From an uncultured Rhodospirillales bacterium (GTDB lineage Bacteria > Pseudomonadota > Alphaproteobacteria > CAZRBL01), in the NCBI GenBank assembly GCA_964598335.1, contig CAZRBL010000008.1, positions 3,343-67,342 of the forward strand: 64,000 bases of DNA, written 5' to 3'. Made by a program: the position numbers and the translations under genes. Below the pieces are notes generated by a model. That model ran no database searches, was not told the DNA's origin, and was given only the letters and a program-made list of their open reading frames with translations. This document shows, piece after piece, positions 1-10,050 of this stretch (its first letter is position 1; the number at the start of each line of letters is the position of its first letter).

Positions 1-1170
1 GGGATCATCGGTTTCGCTGATGCGTTCGGGGACCAGCGGCAGCAAGACAATGAGTTCCAGGGCCGGGTTTTGCTCATGGGCGGCAACCAGCCAGTCGACG
101 ATATCCCGGCTTCGCAGGAACTGATTTTCGACATAGATGAATTGCCGCGCGCCCAGGATCACCTCGCGATAGTTTTCGGCAATTTCCGTCACATCGGCTT
201 TCGGGCCCACGGCCAGCGGAGATTGCCGGTCTTCGGATTGCGTGCGAATGAACGCCGCCGGCACCGAACCGGTGTCATCAACGATAGTGGCAGGATCGAT
301 ATCCTCGAAAGGCGTCAGCGGCGTTTCCGGCAGCGGCTCGATCCCGGCGGGGGCGGTAAAGCCCTCAAGCCGCTCGGCAAAGCTTTCCGTGCCGATATTC
401 CAGCGCGTCCGGAAATGACGCTCGACCTCCTGCGCCAAAGGCCCGTCTATGCGGCAGGCAACATCATGCCAGCCGTTCTCGGAATCATGGTCGGGGCGGT
501 CCAGCCGCTTCGGATCAATGTCGAGACCGCCGAGGAATACCGTGTGGCCGTCGATGATGCAGATTTTCTCGTGATGCGATCCGGGGTGAAGCGGCGCCAG
601 CCAGGCGGGGTCGATCTTGAAGCGGCCGGATTCTTCTCTCACCATGCTCCACAGGCCCGGCATCTCTGCCAGCCGCGACAGGGCCTGCTCCCGTCCCTCG
701 CTTTCGGCGAGCTCGGAAAGCTGTTCGAGAATGCCTTGTAACTTATTGCGCAATACCGGCTGAGCGATGCCGGTGGTCAGCGTACCCGTCTTCGCCTCAT
801 GCAAATCACACTGAATCTGAAAGTGCGATCTGAGCTCGGCGTCGAGGCCAGCGTCGAGGATGGCGGCGCAATGGTTGAACCGACGATAGCTGTACCAGGT
901 GCCGCGATGTTCGCCATTGGCGAAGATCGGGTCGAAATCGCTGAGGATCAGCTTGACTTCGGTACCGCGCCGGACGGCATCGGTCAGCAATGCGCACCAA
1001 TCATCGCCGTCGACCGATCCGGCCTCGCTGATCAGCGGCATCGTTGCATCCACGGTCCAATAGGCCAGATGGATGCTTTCGCTTGCCGAGGCGATGGCTT
1101 CTTCAAGCGCGGCATAGGTTTCCGACCCGGTAATCAGGGGCGTGATGCGGTGACCCGGCTCAAATCTCAC
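1..1170 (-). CDS. Phospholipase D family protein (partial, runs off the window start)
   Basis: Not in the ORF track. Manual minus-strand translation from GTG at 1170 gives VRFEPGHRITPLITGSETYAALEEAI...SHHEKICIIDGHTVFLGGLDI...WHDV...FIYVENQFL. It contains an HxKxxxxD (HKD) motif and the WHD and YxENQF motifs of PLDs, and is open to position 1. The start codon is uncertain. Confidence 0.88.
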   Translation of the reverse strand, partial: MRFEPGHRITPLITGSETYAALEEAIASASESIHLAYWTVDATMPLISEAGSVDGDDWCALLTDAVRRGTEVKLILSDFDPIFANGEHRGTWYSYRRFNHCAAILDAGLDAELRSHFQIQCDLHEAKTGTLTTGIAQPVLRNKLQGILEQLSELAESEGREQALSRLAEMPGLWSMVREESGRFKIDPAWLAPLHPGSHHEKICIIDGHTVFLGGLDIDPKRLDRPDHDSENGWHDVACRIDGPLAQEVERHFRTRWNIGTESFAERLEGFTAPAGIEPLPETPLTPFEDIDPATIVDDTGSVPAAFIRTQSEDRQSPLAVGPKADVTEIAENYREVILGARQFIYVENQFLRSRDIVDWLVAAHEQNPALELIVLLPLVPERISETDDP

Positions 1171-1221
1171 AGAATCTCGCAGAATATTCGATTTGCATAA
1201 AAGGATCGTGTCGTGAAAGCT

Positions 1222-1246
1222 AATGCGCGACACCGCATTGGGTTCC
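1222..1246 (-). promoter_or_regulatory. Candidate EcfG/RpoE2 (general stress sigma) promoter for the PLD gene
   Basis: Minus strand reads GGAAC-N16-CATT about 50 nt upstream of the GTG, matching the alphaproteobacterial GGAAC-N16/17-CRTT consensus. Confidence 0.5.
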
Positions 1247-1297
1247 CCAACAAGCGGTGAAGGGCGGCGGCCCGATCCGGAACCAACGGAGGCATTC

Positions 1298-3955
1298 ATG
1301 ACAGAGCGAGCCCTGTCTGCATCGCTTGCAATTCTTTTTCTCGCCACGCTCGGCATGGCGCAGGCGAGTGAACCGCTCTCTCATTATCTGCCGCCGGCGA
1401 CGAGCTATGACGCGGCGATCACCGCGCCCGATGCCTATCTCGGCCATCCGGTCGATGCCCCCTTGCCTGAACACAGCCAGGTGATCGGTTATCTGCGCTT
1501 GCTTGCCGAGCAGTCGGATCGGCTGTCGATTGAAACCATCGGTCACAGCCACAAGCGTAAGCCGATTGTCGCGCTGGCGATCACCGCGCCGGATAATCAG
1601 GCCCGCATCGATGCAATAAGGCGCAATAATCGTGCGGTGTTCGAGAGTGAGGGAGCCCGGGAGCCGGGCGATGACGCGCCCTTGATCGCCTGGGTCGGCT
1701 TCGGGGTACACGGCAACGAGACCAGCGTCGTGCCGTCTGCCATGCTGATCGCCTATCACTATGCGGCGGCGGAGGGCGAAGCGGTCGAAGAGTTGCTTGC
1801 GGATACCGTGATCCTGCTGGTCGGCACGCTGAACCCTGACGGCTATACGCGCGCCGCAACCTGGCACAACATGAATGCCGGCGTGGTCGCGGTAGAAGAC
1901 CCGGCGCACCGCGAACATCGCGATGCCGGGCTGTGGCCGGGCGGGCGCAGCAATCACTACTGGTTCGACCTCAACCGGCAATATGTCCCGGCCAGCCAGC
2001 CCGAGGCGGCGGCGGCGCTGCGCCTGAAACATGCCTGGAAGCCGCATGTCCTGCTGGACATGCACGAAATGACGATCGGCAACCCGTATTATTTCTCGCC
2101 CGGCGAGCCGGCGATGAACAATCCGATGATCCAGCCCGAAACGCTGGCGCTGCAATACACCTTGTCCGACGCCATTCAGGGCTTCCTTGACGAAGACGGC
2201 GAGCTGTACTGGACCGACGCCTTTTTCGACAGTTTCTCGCCGGCGATGGCATCGACCTATCCGATGCTGGCGGGGAGCGTCAGCCTGCTGCTGGAAAATG
2301 CCGGTTTCGCCGGCCGCGCCATCGAAACCCAGAACGGCGTGCAGACCATGGCGGCCCGCCTGCGCCGGCATACCCGGGTCGTGCTGGCCTTCATCGACGG
2401 GCTGGCCGATCAGCGGCAGGCCGTGATCGACCATCAGGCGGCGTTTTATCGTGCGGCGTTGGCCGATGCCGGGCGTGATGATGTGGCCGCCTATGTGTTT
2501 GATGCCGGCGGCGATCAGGCCCGTCTCGCGCGCTTTATCGAGCTGCTGTCGATCCATGATATTGCGGTCTATCCGCTGACCCGGGATGTCACCGGCGATG
2601 GCCGCGCGTTCAGCGCCGGCGAGGCCTATGTCGTACCGTTCGAGCAGCCGAATTACCGGCTGATCGCTTCGCTGCTGCAGCCGCGGCTCGATTATGACAG
2701 CGCGCGTTTTTATGACAGCTCGACCTGGACGCAGCCGCTGGCCTTTGGCCTCAATCATGCCGCGCTGGACGCGATGCCGGCGGTCGCTGAGGAGGCGGTG
2801 GCAACACTCGATATCGCGGTACCGCCGCCGCCGCGCTCGGATTACGCCTATGCCTTTGCCTGGCAGGGCTATTACGCGCCCTATCTCGCCAATAAGCTCA
2901 CCAAGGCGGGCGTGCGTCTGCAGGTCTTGCCCGAGCCCGCCACGGTGCTGACACCCGATGGCGAGGCGGCTATGCCGGCCGGCAGCATGGTGGTGCTGCC
3001 GCCGCGCGTTCAGGACGTCGAGGCCGACGAAATCCATCGCATCCTCGCCGAGCACGGCGCCGCCAGGGGGGTGACGGTGCACGCCGTTACCAGCGGCCGG
3101 ACGCCGCAAGGTCCGGATTTCGACAATATCCTGATCGAGCCGATCGTGCAGCCCACAGTGTTGCTGCCGGTGGGCGGTTCGATCCGCAGTACCGATGCGG
3201 GGGAGCTGTGGCATCTGCTCGATCATGAAATGCAGCTCGATGTGACGATCCGGACGATCACGGCGCTGGGCCAGACGGATTTGTCGCGCTACACGCATAT
3301 CGTCATGCCCGACGGCAGCTATGGCGAGCTGGATGAGGCGGTGACCGGCGCGCTGACCGGCTGGGTGCGCGGCGGCGGGACGCTGATCGCGTTCAAGCGC
3401 GCGGCGGTCTGGGCAGTTGAGCAGGGGCTGATCGAGGTGCCGGTCGTCAGCGACAAGGGCAATTACGGTTTTGCCGGCCCGCAGCGCCTGGCCGGCGCCG
3501 AGCCGGAAGAGACCGAATTCGGCGAGGATTATGAAGCGCCGGAGCGGCAGGCCTATGCCGATAAGGCGGAACAGGAAGCGCGGCAGGTGATCCGCGGCGC
3601 GATCTTTGCCGTCGATCTCGATCTCAGCCATCCCATCGCCTTGGGCTATGATGAGGCGCTGCTGCCGACCTATCGCGAAACGCAGATCGTTTTCGACCGG
3701 CCGCCGAACCCCTATAGCGCGGTTGCGGTCTATACGGATGAACCGCTGATGTCCGGCTTTGTCTCTGACGAGAATCTGGAAATGATCAGCGGCTCGGCGA
3801 TGCTGATCGCCGACCGGGTCGGGCGCGGCGCGGCGGTGCTGTCGACCAGCAATCTCAATTTCCGCGCCAACTGGCTGGGCAGCTCCAAGCTGCTGATGAA
3901 CGCCCTCTTCTTTTCCAAGGTGATGAAGGCCGAGGGCCGCCGGTTTTCAGAGTAA
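1298..3955 (+). CDS. Secreted M14-family zinc carboxypeptidase
   Basis: GGAGG RBS before ATG 1298; signal peptide; HGNE, LNPDG, NHYWFDLNR and DMHE zinc/substrate motifs. Confidence 0.88.
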   Translation: MTERALSASLAILFLATLGMAQASEPLSHYLPPATSYDAAITAPDAYLGHPVDAPLPEHSQVIGYLRLLAEQSDRLSIETIGHSHKRKPIVALAITAPDNQARIDAIRRNNRAVFESEGAREPGDDAPLIAWVGFGVHGNETSVVPSAMLIAYHYAAAEGEAVEELLADTVILLVGTLNPDGYTRAATWHNMNAGVVAVEDPAHREHRDAGLWPGGRSNHYWFDLNRQYVPASQPEAAAALRLKHAWKPHVLLDMHEMTIGNPYYFSPGEPAMNNPMIQPETLALQYTLSDAIQGFLDEDGELYWTDAFFDSFSPAMASTYPMLAGSVSLLLENAGFAGRAIETQNGVQTMAARLRRHTRVVLAFIDGLADQRQAVIDHQAAFYRAALADAGRDDVAAYVFDAGGDQARLARFIELLSIHDIAVYPLTRDVTGDGRAFSAGEAYVVPFEQPNYRLIASLLQPRLDYDSARFYDSSTWTQPLAFGLNHAALDAMPAVAEEAVATLDIAVPPPPRSDYAYAFAWQGYYAPYLANKLTKAGVRLQVLPEPATVLTPDGEAAMPAGSMVVLPPRVQDVEADEIHRILAEHGAARGVTVHAVTSGRTPQGPDFDNILIEPIVQPTVLLPVGGSIRSTDAGELWHLLDHEMQLDVTIRTITALGQTDLSRYTHIVMPDGSYGELDEAVTGALTGWVRGGGTLIAFKRAAVWAVEQGLIEVPVVSDKGNYGFAGPQRLAGAEPEETEFGEDYEAPERQAYADKAEQEARQVIRGAIFAVDLDLSHPIALGYDEALLPTYRETQIVFDRPPNPYSAVAVYTDEPLMSGFVSDENLEMISGSAMLIADRVGRGAAVLSTSNLNFRANWLGSSKLLMNALFFSKVMKAEGRRFSE

Positions 3956-4025
3956 AACGTCGCCGCTCCGGGCTGAATCGACGTTCACGCAACGAGCCGC
4001 ACGCTGGACCAGTTCACCTACCTTG

Positions 4026-4124
4026 TGGACCCCGGATAACCCTCTCGGGTTTCCGGGGTGACGCTCGACTAGCCGCCGCATCGTTCCCGTCATCCCGGCC
4101 GAGCTCCGCGAGAGCCGGGATCCA
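4026..4124. repeat. Inverted doublet of REP-like palindromes
   Basis: TGGACCCCGG-loop-CCGGGGTGACG at 4026-4063 and an inverted copy CGTCATCCCGG-loop-CCGGGATCCA at 4088-4124, lying between convergent genes. Confidence 0.7.
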
Positions 4125-4172
4125 TGCCGAACGCGCCCTCTGAGAAAGAGAGCGACTTAACTGCTAAAGAAC

Positions 4173-5162
4173 CTATCCCCAAAGAGACGCATCCGGCGGA
4201 TAGATCATGCTGCCCTCGACCTTGAGCGGCGGCGTGTCATCCTCGGCCAGCAGCAGCGGGCCGTCGAGATCGACGAAATCGGCCTGCTGCGCCAGGATCA
4301 TCGCCGGCGCGGTGGCGCGCGAGCCGGCCAGCATGCAGCCGACCATGACGCCGAAACCGTCCGCGCGGGCGGCATCGGCCAGCGCCAGCGCTTCGGTCAG
4401 CCCCCCGGTCTTGTCGAGCTTGATGTTGACGATGTCGAAGCGGCCCTGCAGCGGCGCCAGATGCTGCCGGTCATGCACGCTTTCATCGGCGATTACCGGC
4501 ACCGGCCGCGGCCGGCCATCGAGCCAGCCGTCATGGTCGGCGGGAAAGGGCTGCTCGATCGCAACGACATTCCAGCCGCGCAAATCCGGCGCCAGCGCGT
4601 CGTAAATCTCCGGCGTCCACGCCTCATTCGCATCAAGCAGCAGGCGCGCTTCGGGCACCGCCTGGTGCAGCGCCATGATTCGCTCGCGATCACCATCGCC
4701 GGCCAGTTTGATCTTCAGCAAAGGATGGTGGCGGTTCGCCGCTGCCTTGGCCGCCATGGTCTCCGGCGGGCCGACCGAGATGGTATAGGCCGTCTCGCGC
4801 GGCTGTGCGGGCGGCATGTCCAGCAGGTCCCAGATGCGGCGCCCGGCCAGTTTGGCCTGCAAATCCCATAGCGCGCAGTCCACCGCATTGCGCGCGGCGC
4901 CCGGCGGCAGCTGATCCTGCACAGCGAGGCGGGCCTGCCGCGGATCGTCAAATTCGTTGAGCCAGCTCGACAAGCGGTTGACGGCCTGTTCGACACCGTC
5001 GAGCGTTTCGCCGTAATGGCCATAGGGAACGCAGGCGCCATGCCCTGTGCGGCCGCCGGTTGTGATCGACGTTTCGATCGTCCGGACCTCGGTCTTGCTG
5101 CCGCGCGCAATCGCGAAATGGCCGTCAATCCGATAGCTTTTCCGGTTTACTCTGAGTTGCAT
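4173..5162 (-). CDS. L-Ala-D/L-Glu epimerase / N-acetyl-D-Glu racemase (enolase superfamily, YcjG/DgcA-like)
   Basis: FAIARGSK, KIKL, DANE, EQP, ADES, NIKLDKTGG and DLDG motifs typical of dipeptide epimerases. Confidence 0.88.
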   Translation of the reverse strand: MQLRVNRKSYRIDGHFAIARGSKTEVRTIETSITTGGRTGHGACVPYGHYGETLDGVEQAVNRLSSWLNEFDDPRQARLAVQDQLPPGAARNAVDCALWDLQAKLAGRRIWDLLDMPPAQPRETAYTISVGPPETMAAKAAANRHHPLLKIKLAGDGDRERIMALHQAVPEARLLLDANEAWTPEIYDALAPDLRGWNVVAIEQPFPADHDGWLDGRPRPVPVIADESVHDRQHLAPLQGRFDIVNIKLDKTGGLTEALALADAARADGFGVMVGCMLAGSRATAPAMILAQQADFVDLDGPLLLAEDDTPPLKVEGSMIYPPDASLWG

Positions 5163-5406
5163 GCGCTATTCTTGGCGCGGCCTGATGTCGCCGGTCAATG
5201 CGAGGCCGATCCGAACCTGTTGCATAAATACGTCAGCCAAAAGCGATTTGCGCCGCGGGGCCCGTCAGAGGGAAAGTTTCGCTTGCCTTACGGCTAAGAT
5301 GTTGGCGAATTGCGCGGCGAGTCCATACAGGGCGGGTCAATGACCCCCTCCCCAGGCATGTTCATGCTGGGACGATGTGAATGAGCTACGGCAAGGGAAG
5401 AGCTTG

Positions 5407-7866
5407 ATGACGAACATAAAAGCCGGATTGTTGGGTGCCTCGGCGCTGGCAATCCTCGCAACCAGCCAGGCACCGCTGCCCGCGGTCGCCCAAGGCGCAC
5501 TGGAAGAGATCACGGTTACCGCGCGTAAGCGGGAAGAGACCCTGCAGGAAATCCCGCTGGCCATCACCGCCTTCAGCCGCGACGAGCTGGTCGCGCGCGG
5601 CACCCGGAACCTGATCGATATTGCCGAATTCAGCCCCGGCATTGCCTTTGAAGATCAGGGCCTGCAGCAGCCCGGCCGGATCTACTCGATCGTCCGTTTC
5701 CGCGGCGTCGCCAATGACAGTGCCGAGCCCGCCCGTCAGACCGGTTCGGTCTTCCTGGACGGTATCTTCTTCCCGTCCGGTGTGTCCTCGCTGGGTATCG
5801 AGAATATCGAGCGGGTCGAGGTCGTTCGCGGCCCGTCATCTGCTCTTTATGGCCGCAGCACGTTCTCGGGCGCGGTGAACTTCATCACGCGTGAGCCGAG
5901 TTTCGAGCCTCAGGGCCGGGTTGCGGCGGAAATCGCGCAATATGGCGGCTATGATGTTTCGGCCTCTTATGAGGGCGGCATCATCGAGGACGTATTGGCG
6001 GCCCGCGCCTTCGTTCGCGCCTTCGGCACCAATGGCCAGTATACCAGCACCTTCGATGGCGGCGATCTGGGCGAGCAGCGCACCGAGACCTTCATGGGTA
6101 CCGTGCTGTTCACGCCGACCTCGAATTGGAGCACCACCGTTCGCGGTCTGTATTCCGAGGACAATGACGGTCCGGCGGCTGCCCTTCTGCTGGGCGGACC
6201 GCAATCGCGCGGCGGCAACGGCCCGGATTTCTTCAATACCTTCGACACCCGCCCGGAACTTGAAGGCGTGGTCGCCAATGAATTCTTCCTCGGCCCGATT
6301 CCGCTGGTCAATCAGGACCTTTACACGGAAAGCAACACCGCTCTGCTGCCCGGCTGGTTCGATGAGTTCTTCAGCGGCCAGGTCAGCAGCACCAACGGCG
6401 TCTTCGATACCGTTGATCTCGGCAACAATATCGCCGGTCTCGGCCTGAACCGCGAAACCGTCGCCGTGGCGCTCAGCTCGACCTATGATTTCGAGGGCGG
6501 CTTCGCCGACGGGCACAGCTTCGATGCGATCATCGGCTACACCAAGATCGACACCGAGTTTCTGCGGGATTTCGATGAAACCGGCAGTTTCAACCCATAC
6601 TGGGTGTCGAACGATGTCAGCAGCAACGAGGTGATCTCGACCGAATTCCGCCTCTCCTCGCCGCAGGATCAGCGGATCAACTACCTGCTCGGTGTTTCCT
6701 ATCTGGCCTATAACGACCTGGGTAACTATTCCGGCGGTAACGCGGTGCTGCGCAATGATGCCGTATTCCCCGACGGACAGTCCTTCTTCAGCGGCGTCAA
6801 CAGCGCCGAGGTCCGGACCCTCGGTTTCTTCGGCGCGCTCGGCATCGAGCTGACCGATACGCTGACCATTGATGGTGAGCTTCGCTGGCAGCGTGACCGG
6901 GTCACGGATATCGTCTTCCAGTTCCCCGAGCGGGTCGAAACGCTGACCTTCAAGGAAATCCTGCCCAAGGCGACCCTGAACTATAAGCCGTTCGACACCA
7001 CCAATCTCTGGTTCACTTACTCCAAGGGGTATTTCCCGGGTTTCCGTGATACCCAGGCATTGGGCGCGCAGCCGCTCGCCATCCAGCAGATTGCCAACCG
7101 GATCGGCAATCCTCCGACCGATGTCGAGCCGCAATTCCTGCGCAATTTCGAACTCGGCTGGAAACAGTCATTCTATGAGGATCGGCTCACCTTCAGCCTG
7201 GTCGGCTACTGGATGCGCTGGAAAAATGTCACCACCCGCTTCGGCGCGCCGTGGTGCGATGATCCCGATTCGGTCGACGGTGTGAACAATTGTGATCCCG
7301 GCACGACGCGTAGCCTGAACATCGTGCAGGGTCTGGGCGATGCCCGTCTGTACGGCGTTGAATTCGAGGCAAGCTGGATCGTCAACGAAAACCTCAGCTT
7401 CCAGGCGACTTACAACAATGTCGAATCCGAGTATCTCGACCTGCCTTGCCCGAGCTTCGAGCTGGGTTTCATCCCGCCGGGTGAGCAGGATTGTAGCGGC
7501 AACTCGCCGATCCAGTTCCCCGAGCAGACGGCCTCGCTTTCGGGAACCTGGACCGATCAGCTGGTGGGTGACTGGGACTATTTCGTCCGCACGGACGGTA
7601 TCTTCACCGGCAAGCGTTATGTCGTGTTCAACAACCAGGCCTGGCTCGACAGCTACTGGATCGCCAATCTGCGCTTCGGCGTCGAAAGGGAAGACATCCG
7701 GGTCGAGGCCTTCGTCAATAATCTGCTGGACAACAATGCCTATGTCGGCGGCCAGCGGTGGACGGACTTCTCCGCCGGCATCGGCCTCAGCTTCGGCGCC
7801 CAGGCGGTGCTGTTGAGCCCGGCCAATCAGCGGACGGCCGGCCTGAAGGTCATCTACAACTTCTGA
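5407..7866 (+). CDS. TonB-dependent outer-membrane receptor
   Basis: Signal peptide; TonB-box region LEEITVTARKREE; plug motif IERVEVVRGP..LYG; C-terminal Phe. Confidence 0.93.
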   Translation: MTNIKAGLLGASALAILATSQAPLPAVAQGALEEITVTARKREETLQEIPLAITAFSRDELVARGTRNLIDIAEFSPGIAFEDQGLQQPGRIYSIVRFRGVANDSAEPARQTGSVFLDGIFFPSGVSSLGIENIERVEVVRGPSSALYGRSTFSGAVNFITREPSFEPQGRVAAEIAQYGGYDVSASYEGGIIEDVLAARAFVRAFGTNGQYTSTFDGGDLGEQRTETFMGTVLFTPTSNWSTTVRGLYSEDNDGPAAALLLGGPQSRGGNGPDFFNTFDTRPELEGVVANEFFLGPIPLVNQDLYTESNTALLPGWFDEFFSGQVSSTNGVFDTVDLGNNIAGLGLNRETVAVALSSTYDFEGGFADGHSFDAIIGYTKIDTEFLRDFDETGSFNPYWVSNDVSSNEVISTEFRLSSPQDQRINYLLGVSYLAYNDLGNYSGGNAVLRNDAVFPDGQSFFSGVNSAEVRTLGFFGALGIELTDTLTIDGELRWQRDRVTDIVFQFPERVETLTFKEILPKATLNYKPFDTTNLWFTYSKGYFPGFRDTQALGAQPLAIQQIANRIGNPPTDVEPQFLRNFELGWKQSFYEDRLTFSLVGYWMRWKNVTTRFGAPWCDDPDSVDGVNNCDPGTTRSLNIVQGLGDARLYGVEFEASWIVNENLSFQATYNNVESEYLDLPCPSFELGFIPPGEQDCSGNSPIQFPEQTASLSGTWTDQLVGDWDYFVRTDGIFTGKRYVVFNNQAWLDSYWIANLRFGVEREDIRVEAFVNNLLDNNAYVGGQRWTDFSAGIGLSFGAQAVLLSPANQRTAGLKVIYNF

Positions 7867-7886
7867 TCGGTCTCCCGATCGAGACG

Positions 7887-7918
7887 AAAAAGCCCGGCCG
7901 CGCGCCGGGCTTTTTTTT
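7887..7918 (+). terminator. Rho-independent terminator after the TonB receptor
   Basis: AAAAA-GCCCGGC-cgcgc-GCCGGGC-T8. Confidence 0.85.
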
Positions 7919-8015
7919 GGACGGCCATGCAACTTCTGCGGCCCGAGCGGCTTGTTTCAATAGCCCGCGACGACGTCGTATCGCGGTTAGCTGAAACAGG
8001 AAAAGGAGTTCGACC

Positions 8016-8513
8016 ATGGCATTATCGACGCTGAAAGATCTCTACATCGACCAATTGCAGGACATTTACAGCGCCAATCGGCAGGCTCAGAAAGCGCTTG
8101 GGGAACTCCGTGACGCTGCGACCAATGACAATCTGCGCAGTGCGCTGGATGCGGCTCTCGCGGGTACCAAAGACGGCACGGAAACGATCGCCGAAATCGT
8201 CCGCAGCCACGACGCCGATCCGACCGATGAGTTCTGCAAGGGCATGGAAGGTCTGGTGAAGGAAGCGCGCGCGCATGCATTGGAGGCCGATTTCGACGAT
8301 GACGCCGTCCGGGATGCGATGATCATCACCCAGGTGCAGCGGATGACCCATTACGGCATCGCCGGCTATGGCTGTCTTGCCGCTTTCGCCAATCGGCTGG
8401 ACCTTGCCAATGATGCCAGCCGCATCGAAACCTGTCTCGACAATACCTATGACGGCGACCGGACAATGAGCGCGATCGCCAAGGGCGGTATCAACAAGGC
8501 GGCGGCTGCTTAA
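8016..8513 (+). CDS. Ferritin-like DUF892 (YciE/YciF family) stress protein
   Basis: TLKDLYIDQLQDIYSA, CKGMEGLVKE and QRMTHYGIAGYG patterns; AAGGAG RBS. Confidence 0.88.
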   Translation: MALSTLKDLYIDQLQDIYSANRQAQKALGELRDAATNDNLRSALDAALAGTKDGTETIAEIVRSHDADPTDEFCKGMEGLVKEARAHALEADFDDDAVRDAMIITQVQRMTHYGIAGYGCLAAFANRLDLANDASRIETCLDNTYDGDRTMSAIAKGGINKAAAA

Positions 8514-8549
8514 CGCGGTCCGTTCGGGTGATACTGGTAACCGCATGAT

Positions 8550-8578
8550 AAAGCCCGGCCAAGTGCCGGGCTTTTTTT
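8550..8578. terminator. Intrinsic terminator between the DUF892 gene and the amidohydrolase (possibly bidirectional)
   Basis: AAA-GCCCGGC-caagt-GCCGGGC-T7. Confidence 0.85.
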
Positions 8579-8601
8579 GTCTGGGACGCGCATCTTGCGC
8601 G

Positions 8602-10050
8602 CTATTGCGCCACCTGCGCTTTAAGGTCCGCTAGCTGCTCCGAGTCGAGGGTGATGCCGCGCTTAATCACCGTCTCGATCTCGCGGGTATGACGAATATC
8701 GGTCAGCGGATCCGCTGTCAGCAGGACCAAATCGGCGCGCATGCCCGGGGCAATCGTCCCCTTCACCTCGTCCAGTCCGAGGAATTGCGCCGGGGTCAGC
8801 GTCGCCGCCTCAATTGCTTCCATCGGAGACAGACCGGCAATCACCAGCTGCTCCAACTCCTCATGCAGGCTCAGGCCGGGGGTCAGAAAGGCGATCGGGG
8901 CGTCGGTACCGGCGATCATCGGCGCGCCCGCTGCATTCAGCTTGCCCGTCATGGCGCGCAGCCAGGCGATATAGGCGCGGCCGGTTTCGGTCGGCGGCCG
9001 TTCGCGAAAGGGGGCGACGCGCTCGCGCCAGTCCTCGGCTACCGCCGGCGGCATCAGATCGAAGCTCTCGGTCCAGGCCGGCTCGGCAAATTGGCGCAGG
9101 ACAAAAAAGGTTGTCAGCGCCAAGGTCGGCGTCTGGTAGACACCGGCATTTGCCATGCGCTCGACCAGCGCGTCACAGGCGGCATCATCCAGGGCGGCAA
9201 CGGCAAACGGCCTTTGCGCGCGGTGAATTTCCGTCCGCAGCTGGCTGCCGTGAAGCTTGTCGGGGTTTTGCAGCATGAATTGCCGTTCGGCCCGCAAGGT
9301 CTCCGGGCTTTCGGTGCAATCGAACTCGAAGTTTCGCAGATGCTGCAAATCGATCGGCCCGGTTGCGGCGGCCTCGGCCACGGTCATCGACAGCGGCACA
9401 TGCGCCAGCACCGGCAGGCCGAAATAGGCCGCACGCCGGACGATCGTGCGATAGGTTGCCGGCGACAGCATTTCATAGGCCTTGATGACATCGACACCGG
9501 CGGCTGCGAGATCATCGACAATGCGGCGGCCATCGGCGGGTGTTGCGGCCGTTACCGAGATATTCGGAAAGCCCGGGCGCTGACCGTCATAAACCGGCGG
9601 GTCACCATCGATCAGCGGGCCGGCAATATACAGATCCGGCGTTAACGGATTGCGCGTCGCCTCGGCGCGGGCCGGCGCCAGGGCCTCCAGCAGGCCGCCG
9701 GTATCGCGCAGGCTGGTCACGCCATGCGCCAGCGAGAGCGGGAAAAAGGTCCGGTAATCGATCGCCGGGTCAAAGGCGATGTGGACATGCGCATCCCACA
9801 GGCCCGGGATCAGGAACTTGCCCTCGCCATCGATCCGTTGCGCCCCACGATGGCCGATCCCCGCATCGGCGCCGACGGCGAGGATCGTGTCACCGTCAAT
9901 GACGACGTCAACCATCGGCCTGACGCCATAACGCGCATCTATGGCTGTGACCCCTTCAACCACGGTTACATCGCCGCTGCGCAATGCATCCGGCGCCGAG
10001 CTGCAGGCCGCAAGCGCAAGACAGGCAGCGCTGATCAGTATTCTCATCAT
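8602..10050 (-). CDS. Amidohydrolase family lipoprotein
   Basis: True start is likely MMRILISAACLALAACS (lipobox; ATGA overlap with the upstream stop). PGLWDAHVH, GTDAP and ADLVLL motifs. Confidence 0.87.
   Translation of the reverse strand: MMRILISAACLALAACSSAPDALRSGDVTVVEGVTAIDARYGVRPMVDVVIDGDTILAVGADAGIGHRGAQRIDGEGKFLIPGLWDAHVHIAFDPAIDYRTFFPLSLAHGVTSLRDTGGLLEALAPARAEATRNPLTPDLYIAGPLIDGDPPVYDGQRPGFPNISVTAATPADGRRIVDDLAAAGVDVIKAYEMLSPATYRTIVRRAAYFGLPVLAHVPLSMTVAEAAATGPIDLQHLRNFEFDCTESPETLRAERQFMLQNPDKLHGSQLRTEIHRAQRPFAVAALDDAACDALVERMANAGVYQTPTLALTTFFVLRQFAEPAWTESFDLMPPAVAEDWRERVAPFRERPPTETGRAYIAWLRAMTGKLNAAGAPMIAGTDAPIAFLTPGLSLHEELEQLVIAGLSPMEAIEAATLTPAQFLGLDEVKGTIAPGMRADLVLLTADPLTDIRHTREIETVIKRGITLDSEQLADLKAQVAQ

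Noticed and set aside
70-1200. Plus-strand ORFs 70-741 and 799-1200
   Set aside because: They are antisense shadows of the minus-strand PLD gene, which carries real HKD motifs.
1220-3631. 803-aa minus-strand ORF and similar long antisense ORFs (5836-7134, 10656-12176, 54295-55386, 62718-63914)
   Set aside because: These are the mirror frames typical of high-GC genes; they have no motifs, and the opposite strand has clear family matches.
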